From an uncultured delta proteobacterium (GTDB taxonomy: Bacteria; Desulfobacterota; Binatia; Binatales; Binataceae), in contig CAVXXK010000001.1 in the NCBI GenBank assembly GCA_963765675.1, positions 27,485-91,484 on the forward strand: a stretch of DNA of 64,000 nt, in the 5' to 3' direction. A model generated the notes under the pieces. The model ran no database searches, was not told the origin of the DNA, and worked only from the letters and a program-made list of their open reading frames with translations. Position 1 is the first letter of the stretch, and each line of letters opens with the position of its first letter. The position numbers and the translations under genes were made by a program. Positions 45,617-55,539 of this stretch are shown here, piece by piece.

Positions 45617-46604
45617 CGGCGATCAACGCCTTCGCGCCGCGCGCGAGCATCCGCTCGGCCAGCGCCCGTCCGGCGCCAGCCGCGATCGGTGGCGACAGAT
45701 TGAACTCTACCGGCGCTTCCAGATCGTCGGCGATCGACTGCTTGCCGTCCGGGCTGAAGAGGATCGCGCGAATCGAGAGCTTCTCGTCGTCGGCGATCGC
45801 GCGCACTCCGAGCGGCGTGGTGCATGAAGCTCCAAGCTTTGCCAGAAACGCACGCTCGGCCGCAGTCTCGTAATGCGCACGCGAATCGTCGAGAGCTTCG
45901 AGCGCGCCGCCAAGCTCTGCCGAAATTCCGCTGGAACGGATTTCGATCGCAAGGGCGCCTTGCCCTCCGGCCGGTATGAAATCGCGCTCATCGAGGATCG
46001 TGAATTTGATCTCGGCCGCCCGCCCGAGGCGATTGAGTCCCGCAGCCGCGATTATGATCGCATCGAAGGTGCCCTCAGCCACTTTTTTGAGCCGCGTATC
46101 GACATTGCCGCGCAGCGCAACGATTTCGAGCGCGGGATTTTTTCGCAGCGCCTGAAATCGCCGCCGCATTGAGGAGGTTCCAACCCGCGCGCCCGCCGGC
46201 AATGCGGCAAAATCGCCACCCGCCGCCGACACCAGGATATCGCACACGTCCTCGCGCTCCGGCACCGCCGCAATTCGGAAACCGTCGGGAAGCACCGCGG
46301 GTAGATCCTTCATCGAATGCACCGCGAGATCGATCTTCCCGTCGGCGAGCGCCTGCTCGAGCTCGCGGATGAAAAGCCCCTTGCCTCCCACGCGTGCGAG
46401 CGACGCGTCCTTCATTTTGTCGCCACTGGTGCGAATCGGAGTGATCTCGATCGCTTTGCCCGGCATAACCGCCGCCAGGCGCGACTTGACGTACTCGGCT
46501 TGTGCTGTCGCGAGCGCGCTCGGACGCGTCCCGATTCTGATTGTGGCAAGTTTTGACGCGCGCGCGCCCGGACTAGAACTCATCGTCCTGGTCGTCCTGA
46601 TCAT
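45609..46604 (-). CDS. hemC: Hydroxymethylbilane synthase (porphobilinogen deaminase)
   Basis: …IRIGTRPSALATAQAEYV…KGLFIRELEQALADGKIDLAVHSMKDLP… The start may be the Met at 46583, which overlaps the hemA 3' end. Confidence 0.9.
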   Translation of the reverse strand: MIRTTRTMSSSPGARASKLATIRIGTRPSALATAQAEYVKSRLAAVMPGKAIEITPIRTSGDKMKDASLARVGGKGLFIRELEQALADGKIDLAVHSMKDLPAVLPDGFRIAAVPEREDVCDILVSAAGGDFAALPAGARVGTSSMRRRFQALRKNPALEIVALRGNVDTRLKKVAEGTFDAIIIAAAGLNRLGRAAEIKFTILDERDFIPAGGQGALAIEIRSSGISAELGGALEALDDSRAHYETAAERAFLAKLGASCTTPLGVRAIADDEKLSIRAILFSPDGKQSIADDLEAPVEFNLSPPIAAGAGRALAERMLARGAKALIADE

Positions 46605-47925
46605 CCTGATCGTCGGCGCCTAATGCTTCCAGCTCAGCGCTGGCGGCGGAGATCTCGCCGCACAGAAGCTTGCGCGCGACTTCGGCCGCGTATGCGCCCT
46701 CGGCGGCGTTTGCGCCGCTGGTACGCAGGCCCTGCAAAATCCGATGCAGCAGCTTGTTGGTGAGGCCGCGGGTCAGCACCTCGACCCGCTCGCGCTCGGC
46801 AGGTTCGAGCGCCGAGAGCCATCCGCGATGCCGCCCCATTTCGAGGTCGCGCAGACGGTCGATACTGTAGCGGATATCCTTGATCGTCGGCACGAGATCG
46901 AGCCCGTTCATCCAGCGCCAGAACGCTTCGAGTTCGAGTTCGACGATCTCCTCGGCCTTCGCGGCTTCGCGTTCGCGTTCGGCGCGCGATTTGTGCACCA
47001 CCTGCGCGAGATCGTCGATATCGTAGAGGTAAACGTTTTCGAGCGAGTTCATCCGCTCGTCGAAGTTGCGCGGCACGCCGAGATCGATCAGGAAGATCGG
47101 CTTGTAGCGCCGCTCCTTTATGATCGTTTCGAATTCATCGAGTGCGATTACCGGACGCGTCACCGCGACCGAACCGATCACGACGTCGGCAATCTTGAGA
47201 TAGGGCCTGTAGTTGTCGAACGGGACCGCGGTGCCGCCAAGCTCGCGCGCGAGCGCGACCGCGTGATCGAAAGTGCGCGAGGTGATGATGAGCGATTCGA
47301 TTCCGATCGCGCGCAATTGCCGCGCGGTCAGCTCCGCCATCTTTCCCGCCCCCATCAGCATCACGGTCTTGTCTTTGAGCGAGTCGAAAATCTGTCCGGC
47401 CAGCGCCACCGCAGCCGCGCTCACCGAGACCGAGCCGTGCCCGATGAGAGTTGCCTTGCGAATTCTCTTGGCGACCGTGAAGCCCTTGTGGAATGCGCGA
47501 TGCAGCACCAGCCCGACGGTGCCCGCCTCCGCCGCGTTCGCGTACGCGAGCTTCACCTGGCCCAAAATCTGCGGCTCTCCGACCATCATCGAGTCCAGGC
47601 TCGCGCCGACGCGAAACAGATGCCGCGCGGCCTCGCGCCCCGTCAGGCGATAGAGCGCGGGGGCGAACGCCTCGAGCGCGACTGCGCGATCAGTCGCGAT
47701 AAATTCAGCCGCGTCCGCCAGTGCGCGCTCGCAATCCGCGGCGACGCCGACAATCTCAACCCGATTGCAGGTCGAGAGGATTGCCGCTTCGCTGATCGAC
47801 GCCACGCGCTCCCTCAGGCGCACGAGCGCCGGCGCGATATCGCCGTCCGCGTACGCCAGCCGCTCGCGCACCGCGACCGCGGCAGTGCGATGGTTCAGCC
47901 CGAGTATGAAGAGATTCTGCTCCAT
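46573..47925 (-). CDS. hemA: Glutamyl-tRNA reductase with an acidic DDQ-repeat C-terminal tail
   Basis: …LFILGLNHRTAAVAVRERL…STCNRVEIV…. NADP domain …VMLMGAGKMAEL…. C-terminus …GADDQDDQDDQDDEF. Confidence 0.92.
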   Translation of the reverse strand: MEQNLFILGLNHRTAAVAVRERLAYADGDIAPALVRLRERVASISEAAILSTCNRVEIVGVAADCERALADAAEFIATDRAVALEAFAPALYRLTGREAARHLFRVGASLDSMMVGEPQILGQVKLAYANAAEAGTVGLVLHRAFHKGFTVAKRIRKATLIGHGSVSVSAAAVALAGQIFDSLKDKTVMLMGAGKMAELTARQLRAIGIESLIITSRTFDHAVALARELGGTAVPFDNYRPYLKIADVVIGSVAVTRPVIALDEFETIIKERRYKPIFLIDLGVPRNFDERMNSLENVYLYDIDDLAQVVHKSRAEREREAAKAEEIVELELEAFWRWMNGLDLVPTIKDIRYSIDRLRDLEMGRHRGWLSALEPAERERVEVLTRGLTNKLLHRILQGLRTSGANAAEGAYAAEVARKLLCGEISAASAELEALGADDQDDQDDQDDEF

Positions 47926-47928
47926 CGC

Positions 47929-48756
47929 CTAACCGAAACTGCCTCCGTGCTTGCCCGGATAAATCAGCGACACGCCCACGAACGAACCCACCAGTACCAC
48001 GAAAACGACGATTGTCAGCGCAGCGGCGCGCCGCCCGCGCCATCCTACCGTCAGCCGCGATTCGAGCAGGCCGGCGTAGAGGATCCAGATCGCGAGCGAC
48101 CACGACTCGACCGGCTCCCATGACCAGAAATGGCCCCAGGTCGCATCCGCCCAAATCGCGCCGGTCACGATCGCGAGGCTCAGCAGCGCGAAACCCCATC
48201 CGAGCAGCGAATAGTTGATCCGGTCAAGCTTCTCGAGGCTCGGCAGCCGCTCTGACGGCGGACCGAGCGGGCGCTTGGCCTTGAGCCGCGATTCATACGC
48301 CAGATACACCAAGCTCACGCTGGCTGCCAGCACGAACATCGAGTAGCCCAAAATCGCGAGCGTGACGTGGATCGGCAGCCACACGCTTTGCAGGGTCGCG
48401 GGCAGCACGATCCTGCCGCCTTTCATAATGATTGTCGACGCACCCAGGGCGAGCGCCACTGCCGCGGCCGTGTACGCGCCGATCGCGGCCATCTGCAGCC
48501 TGACGATCAAAATCAATCCGGCCAGAGCAGTCAGCCACGCCAGAAACGACAACGCCTGCGGAAAGTTCGCGACCGGGATATTGCCGGCCTGGAGTCCGCG
48601 CGTCGCCAGATCGAACGCGTGAAAAACCGCGCCCGCACCAAGCAGCAAGGTGGCCCATCCGGACGCGCGCGAGACTCGCGCGACCCGGCCAACGATAAAA
48701 ATCGCCGCCGCGAGCGCGTAACAAACCAGCGCCGGTGCGAGCCACAACGTTTCCAT
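47929..48756 (-). CDS. Cytochrome c assembly (CcsA-like) / HemX-type membrane protein
   Basis: 275 aa, ~8 TM. The conserved Trp-rich region …WGHFWSWEPVESWSLAIW… is the WWD-like motif of CcsA-family proteins. Its position between sirC and hemA matches hemX in hemAXCDB operons. Confidence 0.7.
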   Translation of the reverse strand: METLWLAPALVCYALAAAIFIVGRVARVSRASGWATLLLGAGAVFHAFDLATRGLQAGNIPVANFPQALSFLAWLTALAGLILIVRLQMAAIGAYTAAAVALALGASTIIMKGGRIVLPATLQSVWLPIHVTLAILGYSMFVLAASVSLVYLAYESRLKAKRPLGPPSERLPSLEKLDRINYSLLGWGFALLSLAIVTGAIWADATWGHFWSWEPVESWSLAIWILYAGLLESRLTVGWRGRRAAALTIVVFVVLVGSFVGVSLIYPGKHGGSFG

Positions 48757-48782
48757 AATAATCAGACGGCACTCAGCGGCGA

Positions 48783-49496
48783 TCAGCCGCCGCTCGAGGC
48801 CTCATGCGGCGCGAAGCGGAACCACTCGCGCGCGTCCTCGCCCGTGCCCTTCGCGAGCGTATCAAGCCCTACGCCAAGATGTGCCATCAGAATCCGCTCG
48901 ACAGCCGCGCGATCGCCGGCGCGCAACTGGCCGGTGAGATCCGACGCCGCCAGCGCCGCGAGCTTTCTTCCGCGCGAAGAAATATCGTCGTCGTTCGCCA
49001 ACAGAAACTCGCGCGCGACGCGCAACAGCTTGAGCGCCACTGCGTATTCCCATCCGAACTGATCCTCGAGCTCGCGCCGGATTCGCGCCGCCGTGGCGGG
49101 ACTCGCGCCCGAGGTCGACACTGCTATTTGCAAATCGCCGCGCCGCACGACCGCGGGCGCGATAAAGTCGCACAGCTCGGGCTCGTCCGCGACGTTGAGC
49201 ATGACGCCAAGCTCGCGCGCTTCAGCCGAGATCTCGCGATGCACTCCCGGATCATCAGTAGCGGCGAATGCGAGGTCGAATCCGCGCAGGTCGCCGCGCT
49301 TCCATTTGCGCGCGTGATAAGTGATCGCCGCCGATTCGGCCAGGATCGCCAACTCCCGCACCAGCCGCGGGCTGATGACGGTGACCTGCGCTCCCGCCGC
49401 GAGCAGTTGCGTGACCTTGCGCGCGGCAATATCGCCGCCGCCGACCACCACGCATCGGCGCCGTTCCATCGCGAGAAATATCGGCAGATAGCCCAT
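48783..49496 (-). CDS. Precorrin-2 dehydrogenase / sirohydrochlorin ferrochelatase (siroheme synthase N-domain, SirC/Met8-like)
   Basis: …LPIFLAMERRRCVVVGGGDIAARKVTQLLAAGAQVTVISP… is a Rossmann fold. …VSTSGASPATAARIRRELE…. Confidence 0.85.
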   Translation of the reverse strand: MGYLPIFLAMERRRCVVVGGGDIAARKVTQLLAAGAQVTVISPRLVRELAILAESAAITYHARKWKRGDLRGFDLAFAATDDPGVHREISAEARELGVMLNVADEPELCDFIAPAVVRRGDLQIAVSTSGASPATAARIRRELEDQFGWEYAVALKLLRVAREFLLANDDDISSRGRKLAALAASDLTGQLRAGDRAAVERILMAHLGVGLDTLAKGTGEDAREWFRFAPHEASSGG

Positions 49497-49607
49497 CGAA
49501 TCAGGCTGATTCTAGTACAGGCGGTAAATCCTAGACAGTCCCGCCGCAATGCCCGTATTGACGACCCTGCCGCGCGCGCCGACAATCTGGCGGGTTACAC
49601 AGCCATC

Positions 49608-49988
49608 ATGGAGCATCCGCTGCGCGCGATTAATCGCACTCGGAGCACCGTCGTGTGCGAATTCCTGGAGGACGCGGGCGGCCTGAGCGGACAGAGCCGC
49701 GGGCTGCTCGGGCGCGAGCGCCTCGATCCGGGCCACGGGTTGCTGTTCAACAATGGCCGCTTCACGCCGTTCATGTGGATGCACATGTTCTTCATGAAGT
49801 TCGCGATCGACATCGTATTTCTCGGCCGCGGCGGACGGGTGCTCAAGATCAGCCACGTGCTTAAGCCGTGGCGAGTATCCGCGATGGTCTTTGGCGCGCG
49901 CCAGGCGCTCGAAATCGAAGCGGGCGCCGCGGCCGCGAGCGGCACGCAGATCGGCGACATCGTCGAGCTCGAGCCGCGCACCGCCTGA
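49608..49988 (+). CDS. DUF192 domain protein
   Basis: …GLSGQSRGLLGRERLDPGHGLLFNNGRFTPFMWMHMFFMKFAIDIVFLGRGGRVLKI… The upstream 268 codons of the track ORF are antisense sirC. Confidence 0.6.
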   Translation: MEHPLRAINRTRSTVVCEFLEDAGGLSGQSRGLLGRERLDPGHGLLFNNGRFTPFMWMHMFFMKFAIDIVFLGRGGRVLKISHVLKPWRVSAMVFGARQALEIEAGAAAASGTQIGDIVELEPRTA

Positions 49989-50044
49989 GCCTCTCGCGAT
50001 TCACTTTGGATCAACCCTGCGGGAATCCGCTATGCTCGCGCGTC

Positions 50045-50968
50045 ATGGGGATCGCGGACACTACTGACAGCGAGCCGTGGCATTTTGAGAAGCTCGTCCT
50101 CGCCTCCGGACTGAACATGCGGATCGCGCGTGCGGGCGCCGTCGGAGCGCCGATGGTTGTGATGCTGCACGGATTTCCGGAGTGCTGGTACTCGTGGCGG
50201 CATCAGCTACGCGCACTGTCGAGCTCGTTCGATTGCGTGGTTCCGGAGATGCGCGGCTATGGCGAGACCGACGCGCCGCACGGAGTTGCGAATTACACCC
50301 TCGACAAGCTGGTTGGCGACGTTGCCGATCTGGTGCACGCGCTCGGGCGCGAGCGTGCCGTGATCGTCGGACACGATTGGGGCGGAGGCGTCGCGTGGGC
50401 GACCGCGCTCAAGCGGCCCGAGGTCGTCGAGCGGCTAATCGTGCTGAACTGCCCGCATCTGAAGCGGATGTCCGAGGAGCTCCGGCACAACCCGCGCCAG
50501 ATGATGCGGAGCTGGTACATGGCGTTCTTCCAGCTTCCGTGGCTGCCGGAGGCGATGTTCCGTGCAGGGAATTTTCGCGCACTCGACCGCGCGCTTAAGG
50601 GCAACTCGATCCGCAAGGACGCGATCACCGACAACGACCTGCGCTACTTCCACGAAGCGTTTCGCAATCCTTACTCGATGACCGCCGCGATCAATTACTA
50701 TCGCGCCAACTTCCGCTCCGGGTTCATGGCGCGGACCGGAAGCGACGACTGGATCGATCGCAAGATCGCGGCGCCGACGATGCTCATCTGGGGCGAGCAG
50801 GATTTCGCGCTCGGCAAGGAGCTCACCTACAACATGGAGCCGCTGTTCACCGGACCCTTCGAGATCGACTATATCCCGAGCGCGGGCCACTGGGTGCAGC
50901 AGGAAGAGCCCGAGCTGGTGAGCGCCTACATGCGCGAGTTTCTCAAACCGCTGCTCGCGTCCAGGTAA
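50045..50968 (+). CDS. Alpha/beta hydrolase fold protein (epoxide-hydrolase-like)
   Basis: …VVMLHGFPECWYSWRHQ… contains HGxP. …VIVGHDWGGGVAWA… is the nucleophile elbow (Sm-x-Nu-x-Sm with Asp, as in epoxide hydrolases). C-terminal …SAGHWVQQEEPE…. Confidence 0.85.
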   Translation: MGIADTTDSEPWHFEKLVLASGLNMRIARAGAVGAPMVVMLHGFPECWYSWRHQLRALSSSFDCVVPEMRGYGETDAPHGVANYTLDKLVGDVADLVHALGRERAVIVGHDWGGGVAWATALKRPEVVERLIVLNCPHLKRMSEELRHNPRQMMRSWYMAFFQLPWLPEAMFRAGNFRALDRALKGNSIRKDAITDNDLRYFHEAFRNPYSMTAAINYYRANFRSGFMARTGSDDWIDRKIAAPTMLIWGEQDFALGKELTYNMEPLFTGPFEIDYIPSAGHWVQQEEPELVSAYMREFLKPLLASR

Positions 50969-50991
50969 ATGCTCTCTGTGAGGTACTGACG

Positions 50992-51372
50992 ATGGAAAAG
51001 GTGATGGCGAAGTTCGACCACATGGGTCTGCCGGTCACGAATCTGCGGCGCTCGCGCGACTGGTACGTCAAGAATCTGGGCTTCACGGTCGAGTTCGGAC
51101 ACGCCGATGTGATCGCGATTCAGGATAGCGCCGGCTTCACGATCTTCCTGACCAAGGCGGCCAAGCGGCTTACGGGCGCCAAGTGCACGCTGACGATTCA
51201 GGTCAAAGACGTGGACCAGAAATCGCGCGAGCTCGAGCGCAGAGGCGTTAAATTCGTCAATACTCCGCGCCGATTGTTCTGGGGCTACGGCGCGGAGCTC
51301 CTCGATCCCGACGGCTACATGATCAACCTGTGGGATCGCGTCTCGATGCGCCGCGCGTCACGAATGCCTTAG
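50992..51372 (+). CDS. VOC (glyoxalase/bleomycin resistance/dioxygenase) family protein
   Basis: …FDHMGLPVTNLRRSRDWYVKNLGF…YGAELLDPDGYMINLWD…. Confidence 0.75.
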   Translation: MEKVMAKFDHMGLPVTNLRRSRDWYVKNLGFTVEFGHADVIAIQDSAGFTIFLTKAAKRLTGAKCTLTIQVKDVDQKSRELERRGVKFVNTPRRLFWGYGAELLDPDGYMINLWDRVSMRRASRMP

Positions 51373-51378
51373 CACGCG

Positions 51379-52980
51379 TCAGATCTTCGGCGCGGCTCCC
51401 GAGCGCTGCATCTCCTGATCGAAGCCTGGCGTGATTGCCTGCACGAACGCGTTGCGCACCAGCTCTACGATTGCTTCCCAGGTGCTGACGTCGGGCTGAT
51501 CGACTTTTCCGGACAGCTGCACTTCGGTGGCGACGTTGCCGGTCGAGCGATTCTTGAATAGGTGAGCCGCCCCACCAATTAACAATTTGTATGCCTGGGT
51601 CGTAAGCGGCTTTCGTTTATCCTGTTCCCAACTGTAAACCTGCAGGTTGCTGAACAGCGGCTTCACGTAGCCGTGAATCTCGCCCTCGCGCACACCCATC
51701 TGCGTATACAGCGAGAGCGTTCCCGAGGCGACGTCGATTTTTTCATACGCGCGCAGCACGTCGTTGAGCGATACCAGGTTCACATTTTCCGCGCGCGCGT
51801 CGATATCGAAATCAGGCCCGCTCTTTACCGAACGGAAATCTCCGGAAATCGTGGTCGCGCCGGTCCCCATGAGTTTTCCGGTGAGATCGAAGTGCGTAGG
51901 CTGCGGCTCGCTGCGATTCGAGATCGAGGTCGCCTTCACATTCAGGCTGGTGACGAAAATCTTGTAATTGGGATCCTTGGTCTGGTCGATGTAGGCGAGC
52001 GAGCTTCGTCCGATATCAAATTCGTCAACCGCGAGCTCCATGGTCTGCGACTTGGCGACTTTTTTCGCACTTTGCTTGACCTCGTCGATTCGGCGCTGCT
52101 CGCCGGCTTCAGTTTTCGGCGAGTGCGTGTAGTCGATATCGACTCCGTCGAGAAAGGCGTATTTCACGCGGGCGCGCTGGACCTTGGGTCCGTACTCGAA
52201 CTTGCCGTCGCTGGCGAGAGTTCCGCCGCGAATCGAAAAATTGGCGCGCTTGATCTCCGGCTCGAACTCCGCGAGCGGAACCTGGCGCATCGAGTAGTTT
52301 GCTTTGACTGACGCGAACGGCTTCTCGAGAAAATTCGCGTGGCCGTCAAGCCGCATCCTGCCGGTTCCGAACGCAACCATCGTCGCATGGATCGGCGACG
52401 GGTAGGCGTCCGACGCCGCGTGGACGTTGCGGATATTGTCGGCATTAAGCTCGAGCTCCGTCACATGCAGCGCGTGATGCGGATCGGTATCGACGTAGAC
52501 TAAATCGCCATCAACGATACTCATACGATTGATCTTGAATGGATATACCGCTTGCAGCGCGTCCTGCCATCCGACCTTTGATAGCGAAACTTTGGCCGAC
52601 GCCTGCTCTTGGAGCTGCGGCAAATCGATATGTACCTTCGGCCGCGTGAGCGTCACGTCGGCCACCACGTGCAGCGAAACCAGTTCGCTCCACTGGATAT
52701 GCACGTAGAGAATCGGAAGATCGGCGACCGCGGGATGCGGATGCGCGTCCTGGCGCACAATCAGATTGGACAAGGTGAGCGCTCCGCCGAGCAATTGCAG
52801 ATGCGCGTGGCCGAGGGTCGTGTGGTAGCCGGTCAGCTTCGCATTCATCGCGCTTTCCATCCGTCCGCGCAGAAATGGATCGATCAGGTACGACGCCGCA
52901 AAAATCGCGACCACCAGGACGACGACAGCGACGATCCAGCGCGCGGCGCGCGTTGGAGGTGATTGCGGTGACGAACTCAT
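51379..52980 (-). CDS. DUF748/AsmA-like envelope protein with N-terminal TM anchor
   Basis: 533 aa. N-terminal helix …WIVAVVVLVVAIFAASYLI…. It has a long beta-rich body with repeated …LTLSNL…, …VDGDLVYVD… segments. Confidence 0.5.
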   Translation of the reverse strand: MSSSPQSPPTRAARWIVAVVVLVVAIFAASYLIDPFLRGRMESAMNAKLTGYHTTLGHAHLQLLGGALTLSNLIVRQDAHPHPAVADLPILYVHIQWSELVSLHVVADVTLTRPKVHIDLPQLQEQASAKVSLSKVGWQDALQAVYPFKINRMSIVDGDLVYVDTDPHHALHVTELELNADNIRNVHAASDAYPSPIHATMVAFGTGRMRLDGHANFLEKPFASVKANYSMRQVPLAEFEPEIKRANFSIRGGTLASDGKFEYGPKVQRARVKYAFLDGVDIDYTHSPKTEAGEQRRIDEVKQSAKKVAKSQTMELAVDEFDIGRSSLAYIDQTKDPNYKIFVTSLNVKATSISNRSEPQPTHFDLTGKLMGTGATTISGDFRSVKSGPDFDIDARAENVNLVSLNDVLRAYEKIDVASGTLSLYTQMGVREGEIHGYVKPLFSNLQVYSWEQDKRKPLTTQAYKLLIGGAAHLFKNRSTGNVATEVQLSGKVDQPDVSTWEAIVELVRNAFVQAITPGFDQEMQRSGAAPKI

Positions 52981-53145
52981 CGTGATGCTGTCGCCGTCAT
53001 TGCATCGCTCTGCTTATTTCTTTTCGGGCCGGGCCGAGCCCGGAAATTTCTGCCGGTTTCCATATTCCTGATAGCCGCGCATCTGCGATTTGATAGGTTC
53101 GATCGCAACTCGCGGCTGATTACTCGCGGATGGCGCTTTGGTATC

Positions 53146-54054
53146 GTGCAGGGCGTGCAAAAACCGAACCATCGCTATTACCGCTCGTTTCCCGGCATTT
53201 TCTGCCCTCGCACGAACCGCCTCGCGGTATTCGCGCTGCTGATTGCGTCCTCGGCGCTGATGCTTTCGCTCGCGGCCGCGCCGTCCGCGTCCGCCGACGA
53301 CAGCGTGCCCTCGCAGACGCTGCGCAATGTCGCCGGAATCGTGGCGCATCGCAATGGCCATTCGGTTCCGATCGGCACAGCATTTTTCGTCTCGGTACCG
53401 AGCAGAGTATTCGAGGGTCGCTCGTTTGTTTACGTCGTGACCGCGCATCACAACCTGCTCGATTCCGCCGGCCAGCCCGCCGCCGGACTGTTCCTCACGC
53501 TCGAGGATTCTGGCACCGGCGCGATGCGCGAAGAGGCGCTGCCGCCGGAATCACGATGGGTCCTTGATCCGGTGACGCAGAATTCCGACGTCGCGGCGAC
53601 TCCGCTGAATCCCGCGGGCGCCCGAATCGCGCCGATCTCGCTCGATTCGATCATGGTATCGAGCGCCGAGATGAACGCTCTCGCCGACACCGGCGCGCAG
53701 GCCTACTACCTGACTGCCGCGAGCGCCGGGATCGCGCATCCGCGGTTCGAAGCGCTGGCGAGGTTCGGGCGCGTGTCGGTCTCGCGTCCCGTCGACGCCG
53801 AGGTTCCGGGCGCCGGAACGCAGCAGCTATGCTTCATGGACGGCGGCATCACGCCCGGCTTTTCGAGCGGCGCGCCGGTGTTCGTGCAGGCTGGCCTGCG
53901 CTTCGTGCTGTGGGGAATCCTGGAATCGTCCAACTCAGCCAGCGATTCGCCGGTGTTCGAGGGACTCTCCGGAGTGCTGCCGGCGAGTTACGTCGCGGAG
54001 ACGGTGATGGCGATGGCGGAGGCGCAGGAGAAAGGCCTGCAGAAGAAGAAGTAG
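53146..54054 (+). CDS. Secreted trypsin-like (S1 family) serine peptidase
   Basis: Signal peptide, …VVTAHHNLL… (catalytic His) and …GITPGFSSGAPVF… (G-x-S-G-x-P catalytic Ser). Confidence 0.65.
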   Translation: MQGVQKPNHRYYRSFPGIFCPRTNRLAVFALLIASSALMLSLAAAPSASADDSVPSQTLRNVAGIVAHRNGHSVPIGTAFFVSVPSRVFEGRSFVYVVTAHHNLLDSAGQPAAGLFLTLEDSGTGAMREEALPPESRWVLDPVTQNSDVAATPLNPAGARIAPISLDSIMVSSAEMNALADTGAQAYYLTAASAGIAHPRFEALARFGRVSVSRPVDAEVPGAGTQQLCFMDGGITPGFSSGAPVFVQAGLRFVLWGILESSNSASDSPVFEGLSGVLPASYVAETVMAMAEAQEKGLQKKK

Positions 54055-54136
54055 AGCCGCGCGCGGTTTTATCGCGCCACGGGGCGCGCCACTTGATTTG
54101 GTTCGCCAAGCTGGATAGCAAAGAAGGTTCCGGTTG

Positions 54137-55432
54137 TTATCTGAGTGCTCCCCGGTAGCTCAGTCGGTAGAGCAGACGGCTGTTAACCGTCGGGTCGCTG
54201 GTTCGAATCCGGCCCGGGGAGCCAATCCTAAGTGATTGATATTCCAAGCTTTTGTTATCGCTCTGGGACAAAGCAGTAGATCCGTTAGCAGGCGACTGTG
54301 TGGACTTTTGTGGGGACCCGCTCCTTGGACCGGAATGATCCACCGTTACGTCCGGTTCAAGCGTTGCGATCGCATCGCGGCGCGCCTGCACGCGAATGTG
54401 CGCATACCGACCGAGCATTCGCGGACTGACGTGCCCAGCCAGTTGACGAATCGTTTCCTCCGAGACGGTCGGATTCTCCGCGAGCCGGGTAACGAACGTA
54501 TGGCGGGCGTCGTAAAAACGGATGTTGACGCCCGCCTTCGCGCGAGCGGTATCGAACGCCGTCCGATAGCTCGAATAACTCATGGGCCGGTCGGCATTAA
54601 CGCCATAGATGTGCGGGATGCGGTCGTTTCCTGCGATTGCGACATGATGGAACGGGAACACAAACGATTCTGGATTGGCGTCCGGAAAATGCGACAGCCA
54701 GAGCGTCAGCGCGGCGCAGGCTCGTTGGGTCAGTGGGATCATGCGACCGGTTCCCGCCTCCGTCTTCGAGCGTCCAACTACGATTTCACCCTTGGCGATC
54801 ACGGCATCGCGCCATTCAAGCAGAAGACTCGAGCGGCGCAGCGCGCGAGTCTCGGACGGCCGCAGGCCGGCGTCGATCGAAAGAACGAAGAAGGGATATA
54901 GCGAAGCCGAGCGGCTTTGCCTGATCGCATCAAGCAGCCGCTGCTCATCTTCTCGGCTAAGTGCCTGGCCCACATCCGATCGCTGACGTAACATCCTGAC
55001 GCGACCAGAGATGTGGGACCAAATACCGAAGTGGCGAAGTATCGCGCGAAGCGTGCCGACTTCGGCATTGATCTGGCGCCCGGAAAGCCCCTCAGCTTGG
55101 CGTTTGCGCTGAAGGTCCGCAACATCATCAGCCGAAAAGTCGGTAACCAGCCGGCTCCCAAACTGGCGTGAAAGCTTCGCGATGTATTGCCGGTAATAAC
55201 GTTCCCCCAGAGGTGAGAGGCCGGTCTTGGATTGAAACCATTGGCGCGCTGCCGCCGAGAAGAGCGGTCTTTCCCGTTTCGTCAGACCGTTAACGCCGAG
55301 TTCGAGATCGCGTCGGCGGGCAAGCTCCGCCTGACGGGCAATTGTCTTCGAGTCGGTGCGTGTGCTCTCTCGAATTCGAGCGCCGTCGAATTCAAACTCG
55401 AACCACCAAATATTTCCTCGCTTGTAGAGCAT
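54137..55432 (-). CDS. Tyrosine-type site-specific recombinase/integrase (tRNA-Asn-associated)
   Basis: MLYKRGNIWWFEFEFDGARIRESTRTDSKT… is an integrase SAM-like N-domain. The catalytic region reads …LRPSE…R…YDARHTFVTRL…HVSPRMLGRYAHI… (R…HxxR…Y). The ORF has no stop before it reads through the tRNA 3' half, so the true 3' end is probably earlier. Confidence 0.85.
   Translation of the reverse strand: MLYKRGNIWWFEFEFDGARIRESTRTDSKTIARQAELARRRDLELGVNGLTKRERPLFSAAARQWFQSKTGLSPLGERYYRQYIAKLSRQFGSRLVTDFSADDVADLQRKRQAEGLSGRQINAEVGTLRAILRHFGIWSHISGRVRMLRQRSDVGQALSREDEQRLLDAIRQSRSASLYPFFVLSIDAGLRPSETRALRRSSLLLEWRDAVIAKGEIVVGRSKTEAGTGRMIPLTQRACAALTLWLSHFPDANPESFVFPFHHVAIAGNDRIPHIYGVNADRPMSYSSYRTAFDTARAKAGVNIRFYDARHTFVTRLAENPTVSEETIRQLAGHVSPRMLGRYAHIRVQARRDAIATLEPDVTVDHSGPRSGSPQKSTQSPANGSTALSQSDNKSLEYQSLRIGSPGRIRTSDPTVNSRLLYRLSYRGALR
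54149..54224 (+). tRNA. tRNA-Asn (anticodon GTT)
   Basis: 76 nt. Acceptor TCCCCGG/CCGGGGA, D-arm GCTC-AGTCGGTA-GAGC, anticodon arm GACGG-CTGTTAA-CCGTC (GTT), T-arm GCTGG-TTCGAAT-CCGGC, discriminator G plus CCA. Confidence 0.92.
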
Positions 55433-55539
55433 GGCGTCACCTGTTTTTCGCGATCCGGGTGGATCGCTCCGCCCTGAGGTCACGGGATTTTAGGATGAAG
55501 GAAATGATTCTCGGAGAGCATCGGGTTAAAGCATTTCGG

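Noticed and set aside
48804-49988. 394-aa +strand ORF
   Set aside because: The first two thirds are antisense to sirC. Only 49608-49988 (DUF192) is supported.
54137-54224. Integrase C-terminus as translated through the tRNA (…GSPGRIRTSDPTVNSRLLYRLSYRGALR)
   Set aside because: This tail is the antisense reading of the tRNA-Asn gene. The true integrase stop is probably missing or shifted, so the last ~30 codons are not believed.
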